Below are positions 12,301 to 21,185 of a stretch of 64,000 bases of DNA, piece after piece (position 1 is the first letter of the stretch; each line of letters opens with the position of its first letter). Origin of the DNA: a virus; the IMG/VR virus record IMGVR_UViG_3300002835_000047, positions 53,887-117,886 of that record. One strand, given 5' to 3'. Under the pieces are notes generated by a model, which was not told the DNA's origin, did no database searches, and worked only from the letters and a program-made list of their open reading frames with translations. The translations under genes and the position numbers were made by a program.

Positions 12301-15032
12301 ACGTAAAAAAAATAGGTAGGCAGTATTATGATAAGCTATACGAACTTAGAGATAAGTTGACAGATGAAAATGGTAATTTTCTAGAGTATAGAGTAATAGA
12401 AGATATAACGACAGCTTCAAAAGAAGATATTGAGTTTAATGTCAAATTGGCCAAAATAAAAGCTGCATATGCATCTTTCTGGTCTGCGGAAAGAATAGGT
12501 TTAGATGATAAACTTATGGATGGTGAATACCATAGTTATACAGATGAATTCAAAGCCCTAAGAGCAAAATATCAATACTACGTAGAGGTAAATGGAAAAC
12601 CCATTTGGAGAAAAAAAGCATCAGTTAGTGATAGAGCTTATCAAATATATCTAGCAAAATATTTTAATAGCGTTACATATACATATGCGGTTAAAGACCA
12701 GAATGGTAATTTTACTGGAGCTACTATACCAGGTAGAGAATTTTTAGCTCCAAAACCGGAATATAAAATTGTAAATGATTATAACAAACGTACCGGAGAA
12801 AGTTTGCTTAGTAAAAAATATGAAAGTATTATTAATCCAACTGATGCTTTGGGCAAAGCTCAAAAAGATTTTTACTTAGCTTTTTCTAATATTTATGAAA
12901 ATGAATTACTTAATAAACTTGCACCTGGCGTAAGATCTCAAATGTTAGGGAGTGTTCCAGTTATAAAAGGAAAGCTTTTCCAAGATATCAAAAATAAACC
13001 TAACCCTGTAGCAAAGCTTTGGTCAAGTATGACAAGAAGTTTAAAAGATCTTGTGTCTGAGACTACAGAGCAAAGGGGTGTTGTATTAGATGAAAACGGT
13101 AATATTGTTGATTCGCTTCCAGTTTTTTATACAGGTAAGCTAAGAAATAATGAAGAGCTAGAAGCGCTTAATAATGAAATAAATGATCTAAATGAAAGAC
13201 TTAAAAAAGGTCTAATTAAAAAGTTAGATTATGATGAACAAATTAAGATTTTAAATGCCAGACTTATAGATGTTAGAAGTAGACCTTCTAAAGGAGAATT
13301 AAATAAAGATATGGGTACGGCTTTAATGATGTTCAGCACTATGGCAGAGCACTATGAAGTTATGAGCGGTGCTGAAGATACCTATAGAGCATTTATTAAA
13401 GTATTAGAAAAGAGACAATATCAACCTTCAGATAAAGGTACCGTATTGGGTACTTTTACAAAAGGTAAGTTTAAGGCTCAAGGTCTTATATCAGGTGCTG
13501 ATTCAAATGTTCTCAAAAGAGCAAAGAAGTGGATGTCCATGGTTTATTACAATAGTGACGATATAAATAAAAACTTTATTACTAAGGCCCTGGATGGTTT
13601 AATTACATATTCTTCTTTATCCTATGTAGCGTTTAACCCATTTGGTAACTTTAATAACTATGCTCTTGGTAGAATTAACAACTCTATTGAAGCTTTAGGA
13701 GGACGTTTTTTCTCGGGTAGTTCTTATAATAGAGCTGAGTATGAATTTAATACACAAGCAATTCAGTCTTTAATTTATAGAACAAGCGCCGCAAGTATGA
13801 AAATTGGTGGAAAATCAGATTATGATCCAAAACTGCCAAGCAATAAGTATGAAGCGCTTGTAGATTACTTTAGAATGATGGACGCTAAATCAGATATAAG
13901 AGAAACTGTATCAGGTCCTCAACCAATTCAAAAATCATATTTCAGTAAATTTGCGGATCTAGGTTATATATTTCAAGACGCGGCTGAATATAATGTGCAA
14001 ACTAAAACCGGTATGGCTATTCTTATGGATACTATGATTATGAATACTAATACCGGAGACATACTTTCCTTATATGATGCTTATGAATTTGATAATAGCA
14101 CTAAAACAGTGAAGTTAAAGAATGGCTATGATAAAATTGTTTCTCTTGATCCTAGAAATGTAGATAAAAATGGAAAGCCTAATATTATAAAAGAAACTGA
14201 CTTTACAGATAACTATAGATATTTAATTAGGAATAATATAAGAGAAGTAAATAAGCAGATCCATGGTAACTATGCTTTAGATGATAGAATGGTTATTCAA
14301 ACGCATGCACTGGGACGGCTTGTAGCACAATTTCATAAGTGGGTAATTCCGGCTATTAATGCAAGATTCAGATCAGAATATTTTGATGAGAATTTAGGAT
14401 GGATGGAAGGCCGGTATAGATCTTTTTGGAAATTTCTAGCTTACACCACAAAGAAAGTTGCTACACTGCAGGTAGAGTTTGGTAAACATCAGGAAAATTT
14501 TATGAGTGAGTATGGATATGTTGGTGACAATTCTCAGTCAGATCAACGTGCAAAAGATAAACTATTTGGAGCATATAGAACACTTGGTGAGATTGGCTTT
14601 ATTATGGTGAGTTTTGCTTTAAGTTCTATCTTTGGATCCTTATTTGCAAATGATGATGAGGATGATGACACAGAATTTGAAAAAAGAATGAAGAATTTCC
14701 TTAGATATCAAACAGATAGAACATATAAGGAATTAATTTTATTTACCCCATTGGGCGCTAAACAGGTTTGGCAAATGTTTGATTCTCCTATTGCGGCTAC
14801 AAGAACACTTGGTGAATTAGGTGAGGCTTTAAGCTTAAGTGTAACTACACCAATTGCTTATTTAATTAAGGGTAAGGAAGAATTCTATCTTGACAAAGAT
14901 TATGTTTACCAAAGGGGTATTAGAAAAGGTGAGTTAAAACTGTATAAAAACTGGAATGATGTTATACCAATTTTATACAGTATTAAAAAGTGGCAAGATT
15001 TTAACAATCTAACTAATTTCTACATTAAATAA
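9381..15032 (+). CDS. Large virion/ejection protein (1883 aa) with an internal PD-(D/E)xK nuclease domain and a degenerate zincin-like segment
   Basis: AGTIDILIV...IVDLKTSK...QVNIYRRML (about 10950-11190). EEILH...EFELVTQAL resembles a zincin that has lost its first His. Position after the RNAP is typical of crAss-like cargo proteins. Confidence 0.75.
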   Translation: MACFNRNTQEYKDLLGNFNSNLKVDGIITGWQLANNSDKFPTVAEANLFLKNKKIAFNLKKRDFSDVLLSNLVNKRLVSKYKDAYWVVNSNRASRVYDESVLQSNFSKIKRYLQINNIPVEALQFTRTRQSIKIAVDDSIFSPKDLLESSRSWDTNKSKHVIVHLMRLFPNLRIEMTTVAKAKAYYDSLPAWQKANVKFEKVNSYFDPVASKVFLVEGRVTDETAIEEILHPFTDALYIENRGLFNSLLEEAKLNFPVLKQQIENSYSDKLGFTKEDREFELVTQALSRYFKKEFEENPTKTFKERIKEFLDWFAGIINNLHKYITGVDINIQDIKPTATLSDIAKLLNTSDIKFDMKASANNKIRFSLTPELQSVVDFALSQSNEAQSIIIKKLFHQAQELKDEVGSLSAGEDGPIVVLNEENHIYYNLLDTTEVFKSTTERIKGTFSEEDLFNKKLNLDLGNDFDKLLQAIASDKSFDDVFSSMKVLSKEQAGKAYIQLRENLNELTRGGGVAIPQVVVYDRVSRTAGTIDILIVLPNGKLKIVDLKTSKNSIREMAAGEKNLKYDTAYNLAIDSDLRKLGVEKLSTRSQQGLQVNIYRRMLENMGYDVDESDTGASTFHIQVGVSGKDAEQKFTGEFRSDEWVLHPLSQNSLYVDLLIPKNKDLFNEEQIDSALDKALSSTVNWNEALTEDEKAPENNEDYTEFEVITQALESYKIGLTKKLQAVDSIKSSIFMDRSKEETREDIANGLSLINLALSESTEGRSAIFTDLVRDAIRQMDKFIDYMQNPNNFNKPEYITYALNTSRFIKTFEGLHSVKDLKGFNNTQTRLVLELIARLNRVGANNNPNDENIIDTAITNYVKEQIKTWSSRDNLTEDILDDLIKGTAKEVRDIGTLELNAMDMATSRDIILAIMDKIYKVKKQEVLEKAEERNRLISELSSRLLKLSPGKNVQDIYDFMLEFDENGEFTGDYVKKIGRQYYDKLYELRDKLTDENGNFLEYRVIEDITTASKEDIEFNVKLAKIKAAYASFWSAERIGLDDKLMDGEYHSYTDEFKALRAKYQYYVEVNGKPIWRKKASVSDRAYQIYLAKYFNSVTYTYAVKDQNGNFTGATIPGREFLAPKPEYKIVNDYNKRTGESLLSKKYESIINPTDALGKAQKDFYLAFSNIYENELLNKLAPGVRSQMLGSVPVIKGKLFQDIKNKPNPVAKLWSSMTRSLKDLVSETTEQRGVVLDENGNIVDSLPVFYTGKLRNNEELEALNNEINDLNERLKKGLIKKLDYDEQIKILNARLIDVRSRPSKGELNKDMGTALMMFSTMAEHYEVMSGAEDTYRAFIKVLEKRQYQPSDKGTVLGTFTKGKFKAQGLISGADSNVLKRAKKWMSMVYYNSDDINKNFITKALDGLITYSSLSYVAFNPFGNFNNYALGRINNSIEALGGRFFSGSSYNRAEYEFNTQAIQSLIYRTSAASMKIGGKSDYDPKLPSNKYEALVDYFRMMDAKSDIRETVSGPQPIQKSYFSKFADLGYIFQDAAEYNVQTKTGMAILMDTMIMNTNTGDILSLYDAYEFDNSTKTVKLKNGYDKIVSLDPRNVDKNGKPNIIKETDFTDNYRYLIRNNIREVNKQIHGNYALDDRMVIQTHALGRLVAQFHKWVIPAINARFRSEYFDENLGWMEGRYRSFWKFLAYTTKKVATLQVEFGKHQENFMSEYGYVGDNSQSDQRAKDKLFGAYRTLGEIGFIMVSFALSSIFGSLFANDDEDDDTEFEKRMKNFLRYQTDRTYKELILFTPLGAKQVWQMFDSPIAATRTLGELGEALSLSVTTPIAYLIKGKEEFYLDKDYVYQRGIRKGELKLYKNWNDVIPILYSIKKWQDFNNLTNFYIK

Positions 15033-15066
15033 TAATAATGGGTTCGGAGCTTTAACCCGCATGGCT

Positions 15067-15450
15067 TTATGCTTCCCATATATTATTATTTACTTTTAAT
15101 TTGTTTTCGTATAGAAATGCATATATTAAGTCACTTAGATAACCAATAAGCCAAGCCATTGCCTCTTCATTTTGCACCTCTATATTTTCCATTATTTTAG
15201 ATGCTAAATGGAAAGTTTCATGAGCTATTAGATTATGGCTTAGAAATTTTTTTGAAAGTGTGACGTAGTACATATAAATAGTACTTGTTGTATTTTCAAA
15301 TACACAACCTTCATTTCCGCTTATATCTATTTTGGTAATGTGTTCGTTTACATAATTATTTAATTCTTGTGCAGAAGCACCAACAATTACAACTATTTTA
15401 GAGTTGTAAAGTTGTAAATCAATATTCTTTATGTAAAACTTACACTTCAT
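15067..15450 (-). CDS. Small zincin-like metallopeptidase
   Basis: IAHETFHLA (HExxH), followed by NEEAMAW. Confidence 0.65.
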   Translation of the reverse strand: MKCKFYIKNIDLQLYNSKIVVIVGASAQELNNYVNEHITKIDISGNEGCVFENTTSTIYMYYVTLSKKFLSHNLIAHETFHLASKIMENIEVQNEEAMAWLIGYLSDLIYAFLYENKLKVNNNIWEA

Positions 15451-15452
15451 AT

Positions 15453-17078
15453 TTAGCTTTCACAACTAGCGCATTCTAATATATTTCTGACAAAAGATTG
15501 TGCACTACTTACACTAAACTGATAATACAAAGTCTTAATACCTTGCTCGTGAGCAAATAAATACAACTTATTTACATCTTTAGCCGGCACACTGGGATGA
15601 ATCATTAAGTTTAAAGATTGGGATTGATCAATATACTTTTGTCTTGCTGCAGCTTGAATGATTATTTCTTTTGGGCTGATTTCAATAAAAGATTTAAAAA
15701 CAGCTTTAGTTGGAAAATCTAAATGCTGAACTGATCCATTTTTCTTTAGGATACTTTCCCATACTTCAGGTGTATTGAGATTATATTTTTCTAACTCAGT
15801 TTCTAATATAGGATTCTTATATACAGATTTACTTTTAGCTAAATCCTTAACAAAATAATTAGATTTGATTGGTTCAATACCCATTGATACTTGACCATGA
15901 ATAAAAGAACTTGATTTAGTTGGCGCTATTGCAATCAAGGTTGTATTAGCATAACCTGGACGAATAGATTTAACATTGCCAATTTCACATAACTCTCTTG
16001 ATGTTGCTTCGGATCTATCTTTAATTGTTTTGAAAATTTGGACATTTGCTAGTTTAGCTTCCATTGATTCAAACTCAATAAGTTGTGATTGTAAATAGGA
16101 ATGATAACCAAGTACACCAAGTCCAATTGCTCTATGATCTTTAGCAAAACGATGTGCTCTTGCCATGCCGGGCATAGTTGAAGATTTGTTTATGAACTCA
16201 TCAATTACAGCATTTAGAAATAAAGTATAGATTTCAATAGCGTCTGTTTCTTTAATTTCATTCCAATGAAGAAGGTTAATTGAACCTAAACAACATACAA
16301 AAGAGTTAAAGCTATCTGTTGGTAGTTGTATTTCTGAACAAAGATTAGATGCTGTTATTTCAAATCCTAATTCTTTATATGGTGAGTTGTTATTGCTATT
16401 GTCCTTAAACATAATATAAGGATATCCAATATCATTACGTCTCTGAATTACTTTGGCCCAAATTTCACGTTTATCTTGATCTCCAGCTTTCATACTTTCA
16501 ATCCAATTATCAGTGACAGTTATGCCATACTGAAGATTCTGAATTAAGTTGCCCTCCGTTCCAATATCCAAAAACTCATTAATATCCGGATGCTCAATTG
16601 GTAAATAAACAGCACAAGCACCACGTCTTGCTTCAGATTGTTTACAAACATCCACAACAGTATCATAAATACGAGCATAGTGAACGGGTCCATCTGCTGT
16701 ACCACCGGTTGATATAACTGAGCCTCTAGATCTGATATTGCCTAAAAATATACTAGTTCCTCCGCCATATTTAGACATCATCCCAATTTCTCTGCCTGCG
16801 TTTAGAATACTATCAAGATTGTCATCTACATTACTTCCATAACAGCTAATAGGTAAACCTTTTTGTTTACCAAAATTAATCCATACCGGAGTAGACAAAC
16901 TATAGAAACCCCTACTCATATAATCTTCAAACTTCTGAGCAAAGCCGTGTACATTAAGGTACTTTTCAGCAATTCTTGCAATATCCTTAATTCTTTGTTC
17001 AGGAGCTTCAGTTATATAACCTCTATTGAGATAGGTTTTGCTCTCATCATTGAGCCAATAATATTTAGAATAAGTCAT
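15453..17078 (-). CDS. nrdA: Ribonucleotide reductase class Ia, alpha subunit (no ATP cone)
   Basis: SNLCSE thiyl-radical motif, AIAPTKSSS, IDQSQSLN, KTLYY tyrosine pair, C-terminal CASC. Confidence 0.95.
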   Translation of the reverse strand: MTYSKYYWLNDESKTYLNRGYITEAPEQRIKDIARIAEKYLNVHGFAQKFEDYMSRGFYSLSTPVWINFGKQKGLPISCYGSNVDDNLDSILNAGREIGMMSKYGGGTSIFLGNIRSRGSVISTGGTADGPVHYARIYDTVVDVCKQSEARRGACAVYLPIEHPDINEFLDIGTEGNLIQNLQYGITVTDNWIESMKAGDQDKREIWAKVIQRRNDIGYPYIMFKDNSNNNSPYKELGFEITASNLCSEIQLPTDSFNSFVCCLGSINLLHWNEIKETDAIEIYTLFLNAVIDEFINKSSTMPGMARAHRFAKDHRAIGLGVLGYHSYLQSQLIEFESMEAKLANVQIFKTIKDRSEATSRELCEIGNVKSIRPGYANTTLIAIAPTKSSSFIHGQVSMGIEPIKSNYFVKDLAKSKSVYKNPILETELEKYNLNTPEVWESILKKNGSVQHLDFPTKAVFKSFIEISPKEIIIQAAARQKYIDQSQSLNLMIHPSVPAKDVNKLYLFAHEQGIKTLYYQFSVSSAQSFVRNILECASCES

Positions 17079-18045
17079 CTTTTGTAATTGCTTTTGATTT
17101 TTTGTTATAGTCTATTTGTTTTTTATAAAAGAAGTCACCTTCCTTTGTGGCTGTAATTTCAACCTCAAACCAATGGGTTTTTTCTAAATCTTTTTGGTTT
17201 ACTTCAAATAATGGGTCCATACCAATTTTTTGAAGAGAGTTGTTAAATCTATTCATAATGAATATTTTGATTGTTTCCTTAGAAAGAAACTCTAATTCTC
17301 CTTTTTCAAATATCCAATCCAGTATCCCGCATTCTGCAGAAAAAGCTTTTTTACATGCTGAATAGATAAGTTCGTTAAAATCTGAATCAAACCAATCCGG
17401 ATTTTCAGATTTAATAATATTGATGATTTCAGCACCAAAGTTGCCATGGATATCCTCCTCTTTACTAGTTGCTTCAACAACATTTGAGATGCCTTTAAAA
17501 AGATTCCTTTCTTTATTAAAAGACATCATAATCAGGAATTGACTAAATAGACTGACATGCTCTATGAATAGAGAAAATAGTAGTACTGACTTAGTGTACA
17601 TTTTATCATCTTTACTCCGTGTCCCGTCCAAGTACTTCCTTAAATACTTAATCCGATCTGAAATAGCAGGTATTTCTATAACTGTTTCAAACTCTTTTTC
17701 AAGACCCAAAATTCTAAGTAGTCTTGCATAAGCATCTTTATGCCGGACCTCAGACTCTGCAAATGTCATTCCGACATCTCCAATTTCAGTGATTGGCATT
17801 CTTTTATACATATCTGCCCAAAAGGTCTTTACATTAACCTCAATTTGGGCAATGGCCAGCATGGTTCGCTTTATGACTTCCCGTTCTGAATCACTAACTT
17901 TTACTCTAAAGTCATCAATATCAGTGGTAAAATTATACTCTGTGTCAATCCAGTAAGAGTGTCTTATTGCATCTTTATAGTTTAAAAGTTGCGGATACTC
18001 ATAGGGTAAAATATTAATTCTAGGTTGAAAGATGTTTTTGTTCAT
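17065..18045 (-). CDS. nrdB: Ribonucleotide reductase class Ia, beta subunit
   Basis: Di-iron ligands in QIEVNV, ESEVRHKDAY, IEHVSLFSQF, KEEDIH; C-terminal DFF..KQIDY tail; adjacent to nrdA. Confidence 0.95.
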   Translation of the reverse strand: MNKNIFQPRINILPYEYPQLLNYKDAIRHSYWIDTEYNFTTDIDDFRVKVSDSEREVIKRTMLAIAQIEVNVKTFWADMYKRMPITEIGDVGMTFAESEVRHKDAYARLLRILGLEKEFETVIEIPAISDRIKYLRKYLDGTRSKDDKMYTKSVLLFSLFIEHVSLFSQFLIMMSFNKERNLFKGISNVVEATSKEEDIHGNFGAEIINIIKSENPDWFDSDFNELIYSACKKAFSAECGILDWIFEKGELEFLSKETIKIFIMNRFNNSLQKIGMDPLFEVNQKDLEKTHWFEVEITATKEGDFFYKKQIDYNKKSKAITKDDLF

Positions 18046-18192
18046 TTATTAGTTTAAGATTTAAATTTGATACAAAACTAAATTACAGTATATTCTATAA
18101 CTATCCTAATTTTTTTTCAAATAATTCATAAAAAGTTGAATATCAACTGCTTAAATATATTTTTAGATTTTACTATAAAATAAGAAAATTAT

Positions 18193-18208
18193 TTTGTATT
18201 TTATAATA
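18193..18208 (+). promoter_or_regulatory. Putative phage promoter motif TTTGTATTTTATAATA
   Basis: Lies immediately upstream of the + strand late block. Similar motifs occur at 18927-18943 (+) and 49817-49833 (-). Confidence 0.4.
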
Positions 18209-18215
18209 AGGGTTT

Positions 18216-18590
18216 ATGTTTGTTATGCTTGAAAGATTAAAAAGTATTTTTTATTACTACGATTCTGAAAAAACTGAAGTGGGACAGGGTTTAATTTGGC
18301 TACTCATGTTTCCTATCTTTTATACTTTAGAGATGGGTTTTAACTATTACTTAGTTATACCGTCCATTTTACTAGGGGCGGCTACAATAAAGGCTGTTTG
18401 CTTACATACAATTCAAACAAGAAAGATTTTGGCTTTTGGTAATTTTTTATTTTCAACTGCTGTGGTTGCATACTTTTTCATAAAAGAAACATTACCTAAT
18501 GATGTTTATCACTGGGTATGGGTAATTATTAGCTTTTTTGCCTTTTTTAATCTAACCACAATAACAAGGAAATGTTTATCAATTAAATAA
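18216..18590 (+). CDS. Multi-pass membrane protein
   Basis: About 4 hydrophobic helices. Confidence 0.7.
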   Translation: MFVMLERLKSIFYYYDSEKTEVGQGLIWLLMFPIFYTLEMGFNYYLVIPSILLGAATIKAVCLHTIQTRKILAFGNFLFSTAVVAYFFIKETLPNDVYHWVWVIISFFAFFNLTTITRKCLSIK

Positions 18591-18591
18591 A

Positions 18592-18906
18592 ATGGAAACT
18601 ATAGACAATTTAACCACTCTTTTGGCAACTATTTTTACAGTTCTTTTTTCAGCCGGCGCTTGGAAATTCTATGAATCCAGGTTAAAGTTAAAAAATAGGG
18701 ATATTCAAAATGAAAAAAATGAACAGAATATGTATAGAGATGACTTAAGAGATCGGGTTAAAAGATTAGAAAAGCTTTTGACTGAGAGCTCATTGGAAAA
18801 AGATCAAATGAGAGATCAAATACTTAATTTAACGCGTGAAGTCAGTGAACTAAGAGTTAAAGTTACCTTTCTTGAAAAGGAAAATGAGAGATTAAAAAAC
18901 AAATAA
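18592..18906 (+). CDS. Membrane-anchored coiled-coil protein (possibly lysis-related)
   Basis: N-terminal TM helix followed by a heptad-rich C-terminus. Confidence 0.65.
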   Translation: METIDNLTTLLATIFTVLFSAGAWKFYESRLKLKNRDIQNEKNEQNMYRDDLRDRVKRLEKLLTESSLEKDQMRDQILNLTREVSELRVKVTFLEKENERLKNK

Positions 18907-18926
18907 CTTGATTTTATTCAAATTTA

Positions 18927-18943
18927 TTTGTATATTAGTTATA
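18927..18943 (+). promoter_or_regulatory. Putative phage promoter motif TTTGTATATTAGTTATA
   Basis: Intergenic; resembles the motifs at 18193 and 49817. Confidence 0.35.
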
Positions 18944-18955
18944 TAAAGTTTATTT

Positions 18956-19132
18956 ATGTTCACTTGTCTAAAGAAATTTCTCGCAAATGCTTTTTCCTGC
19001 GTTTTCTGTAAAGATTTTTATTTTAAGCCTTATTCTGATCAAGAAAAAAGTCTTGAAACTGCACCTTTAGAGTGCAAAAAGCCAGAAAAAACCGTTAAAA
19101 CTAAGCGCAATGGACAAAAAAAACTGGATTAA
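18956..19132 (+). CDS. Small hypothetical protein (58 aa, not in ORF track)
   Basis: MFTCLKKFLANAFSCVFCKD...; follows the promoter-like motif. Confidence 0.4.
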   Translation: MFTCLKKFLANAFSCVFCKDFYFKPYSDQEKSLETAPLECKKPEKTVKTKRNGQKKLD

Positions 19133-19301
19133 GGGCGCTATTAAGAAGCCCGGTTCATTAACTGCTACTGCTAAAAGAGCAGGAGCCGTGTCTAAAGACG
19201 GTACAATTAAAAAAGATTGGTTAAAAGAAAAGGCAAAAGGTAATGATAAAACAGCTAAAAGAGCTAGACTTGCTATTACACTTTCTAAACTTAAGAAGTA
19301 A
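19110..19301 (+). CDS. Small basic protein (KWIKGAIKKPG type)
   Basis: Lys-rich; its stop overlaps the next start (TAATG). Confidence 0.75.
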   Translation: MDKKNWIKGAIKKPGSLTATAKRAGAVSKDGTIKKDWLKEKAKGNDKTAKRARLAITLSKLKK

Positions 19302-19429
19302 TGAAAACTCAAACTATTGTCAATAAAAAACCTAAAGTTTCAAGGCCAGGTGTTAATGCTAAGACTAAAACTAGCAAAAGCAAAATGAGCAAGTTATACA
19401 AAAAACCATACAGAGGTCAAGGTAAATAA
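19301..19429 (+). CDS. Small basic protein, 42 aa (ends KKPYRGQGK; not in ORF track)
   Basis: Read by eye: MKTQTIVNKKPKVSRPGVNAKTKTSKSKMSKLYKKPYRGQGK; translationally coupled to the upstream gene. Confidence 0.7.
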   Translation: MKTQTIVNKKPKVSRPGVNAKTKTSKSKMSKLYKKPYRGQGK

Positions 19430-19436
19430 TAGTAAA

Positions 19437-19589
19437 ATGAACAATATTGAATTTGAATTATATCTTAACTTACCTTATGAGAAATTTCTCATAGGATGGG
19501 AGACTATACATAGTAAAAATCCTCGCATGCCTAAGTATGAAATTCACATACACATCGTATGCTTTACTTTAAAATTTATAATCACTTAA
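19437..19589 (+). CDS. Hypothetical protein, 50 aa (not in ORF track)
   Basis: MNNIEFELYLNLPYEKFLIGWE...; fills the gap between tightly packed genes. Confidence 0.55.
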   Translation: MNNIEFELYLNLPYEKFLIGWETIHSKNPRMPKYEIHIHIVCFTLKFIIT

Positions 19590-19599
19590 TAACGCAATC

Positions 19600-19899
19600 A
19601 TGAAAAAATCTAAATTTGGAGATAACTCTCAGTTGAAAAATGTGCCATCTGATAATAAAGGTCTTGGTAAATTGCCTACAGAAGTCCGTAATAAAATGGG
19701 ATATAAGCAAATGGGCGGAGAAAAATTCTTGTCTAAAATGCAAATGGGAGGAAGTATGGATATGTCTGATAATTTTGTAGAAAAGATGCGTGGAGGTGGA
19801 GGCGTTAAAAAGATGAAGTACAAAGAACCGGTTATGAAAAAACAAATTGGTGGTAGTATGCAATCAAGAACTAACAGTTTTAAATCAAGAAGTAAATAA
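19600..19899 (+). CDS. Basic protein with repeated K-x-[QR]-x-GG motifs
   Basis: YKQMGG, KMQMGG, KMRGGG, KKQIGG. Confidence 0.75.
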   Translation: MKKSKFGDNSQLKNVPSDNKGLGKLPTEVRNKMGYKQMGGEKFLSKMQMGGSMDMSDNFVEKMRGGGGVKKMKYKEPVMKKQIGGSMQSRTNSFKSRSK

Positions 19900-19900
19900 A

Positions 19901-20218
19901 ATGAACATTTTAACTGATATAATGTCCTTAATTAAAAGAAAGCAGTATGTAAAAGAGCTTTCTAAGGATGATGTATTTGTTATAGGTTTACATAAGGAGC
20001 CGGATATCCTAGGAATAGCATCTCCAGTACCTTACAAAAGTGTTTCGCTAGCAAAGGTGTCAGATATTGCAAACATTCCATCTAATAAAATAAAAAAAGA
20101 AACTGTCACAACGGCTTCAGATCCAGGTGAGCCTGGTGATATTAGAGTTGATGCAAATTATATATATGTGTGCACTGCGGCAAATGTTTGGAAAAGAGCT
20201 ACTTTAACTAGTTTTTAA
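19901..20218 (+). CDS. Small virion/fibre-associated protein
   Basis: ATG at 19901 behind an A-rich leader, more likely than the annotated start at 19847. The C-terminal GEPGDIRVDANYIYVC...WKR motif is seen in phage fibre/structural proteins. Confidence 0.65.
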   Translation: MNILTDIMSLIKRKQYVKELSKDDVFVIGLHKEPDILGIASPVPYKSVSLAKVSDIANIPSNKIKKETVTTASDPGEPGDIRVDANYIYVCTAANVWKRATLTSF

Positions 20219-20219
20219 C

Positions 20220-20405
20220 ATGAAAGCAAAAAGCAAAGTAAATTCAGCAGGTACTTATACCAAACCAGGTATGAGAGAATCGCTGTTTAAAAAGATTAAA
20301 GCCGGCACTAAAGGTGGTGATCCTGGAGAATGGTCCGCTAGGAAAGCACAAATGCTTGCTAGAGAATATAAATCTAAAGGCGGCGGATATAAAACTAAAA
20401 GGTAA
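20220..20405 (+). CDS. Small basic phage protein (YTKPGMRE...GEWSARKAQ type)
   Basis: Lys/Gly-rich; a motif recognised from widespread uncharacterised phage proteins. Confidence 0.7.
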   Translation: MKAKSKVNSAGTYTKPGMRESLFKKIKAGTKGGDPGEWSARKAQMLAREYKSKGGGYKTKR

Positions 20406-20422
20406 TATTAAAAAATAAAATT

Positions 20423-20683
20423 ATGCCCGCAAATATGAAAAAAGCAGGAATCAAATACAAGGTAGGTGGTTCTGTAATTAAAAAAGCACAAGTTGGTGGA
20501 GAACAAAATATAAAGGAAACTCTAGCTCAAAAAAATGCTAGGGTAAATAAAGAAATAGATACCAGAGAAAAAAGAATCTCCGAAAAAGAAAAAAAAGATC
20601 AAAAGAATTCTTATTCTAATGCAAGAGCTAATAAGGTTGTTGGCAAACTAAAGACTGGCGGAGTCGTTAAAACTAAAAAGTAA
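20423..20683 (+). CDS. Basic protein with K-x-x-x-GG motifs
   Basis: KYKVGG, KAQVGG, KLKTGG. Confidence 0.7.
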   Translation: MPANMKKAGIKYKVGGSVIKKAQVGGEQNIKETLAQKNARVNKEIDTREKRISEKEKKDQKNSYSNARANKVVGKLKTGGVVKTKK

Positions 20684-20949
20684 TGGCTAAAGATCCTCAA
20701 CAAAGCCTTAGAGATTGGACTGCGCAAAAGTGGATGACATCTGGTACTTATGCAAATAAGAAGAAAGGTTCATCTAAAGAAGTAAAGTCTAAAGGTACTA
20801 AAAGGTACTTACCTGAGGCCGCTTGGGGAGCTTTATCACCGGGTGAGAAAGCGGCTACAAATAAAGCTAAAGCCGAAGGAAACAAAAAAGGAAAACAATT
20901 TGTTTCACAACCTAAATCAGCAAAAGAAAAAGCTAAACAATATAGATAA
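20683..20949 (+). CDS. Small basic phage protein (QSLRDWTAQKW...RYLPE type, DUF5872-like)
   Basis: Motif recognised from memory; not verified by search. Confidence 0.65.
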   Translation: MAKDPQQSLRDWTAQKWMTSGTYANKKKGSSKEVKSKGTKRYLPEAAWGALSPGEKAATNKAKAEGNKKGKQFVSQPKSAKEKAKQYR

Positions 20950-20969
20950 ACCCTCTAAATTTAAAAAAT

Positions 20970-21185
20970 ATGAAAATGAAAATGTCAAAAGAAGACAAAG
21001 CACGTGAAGAAAAATGGGCTATTGAATCTGCAATGAGCACTATAAGCAGATACAATGAAATTCAAAAAGATAAAGCTTTGCTATCAAAAGTAAAAAGAGC
21101 TGCAGCAGAGCAAGTTAAAATGTTAGGTGGAATGGTATCTGGCATTGGAACTGCGCCGGCTAAAAAAGTTATTAAAAAGAAGTAG
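20970..21185 (+). CDS. Small basic hypothetical protein
   Basis: A-rich leader, tight gene packing. Confidence 0.65.
   Translation: MKMKMSKEDKAREEKWAIESAMSTISRYNEIQKDKALLSKVKRAAAEQVKMLGGMVSGIGTAPAKKVIKKK

Noticed and set aside
631-14000. Short antisense or alternate-frame ORFs within the two giant genes (e.g. 788-1066, 2696-2917, 9374-9625, 10155-10441)
   Set aside because: They are shadow ORFs of long coding sequences, with no leaders or recognisable motifs.
15040-15058. Terminator between the convergent 9381-15032 and 15067-15450 genes
   Set aside because: Only a 5 bp stem (GGGTT/AACCC) with no clear U-tract; too weak to call.
15453-18045. Intron or intein in nrdA/nrdB (also checked in polB)
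   Set aside because: The proteins are of normal length with contiguous motifs, and no splice-junction signatures are visible.
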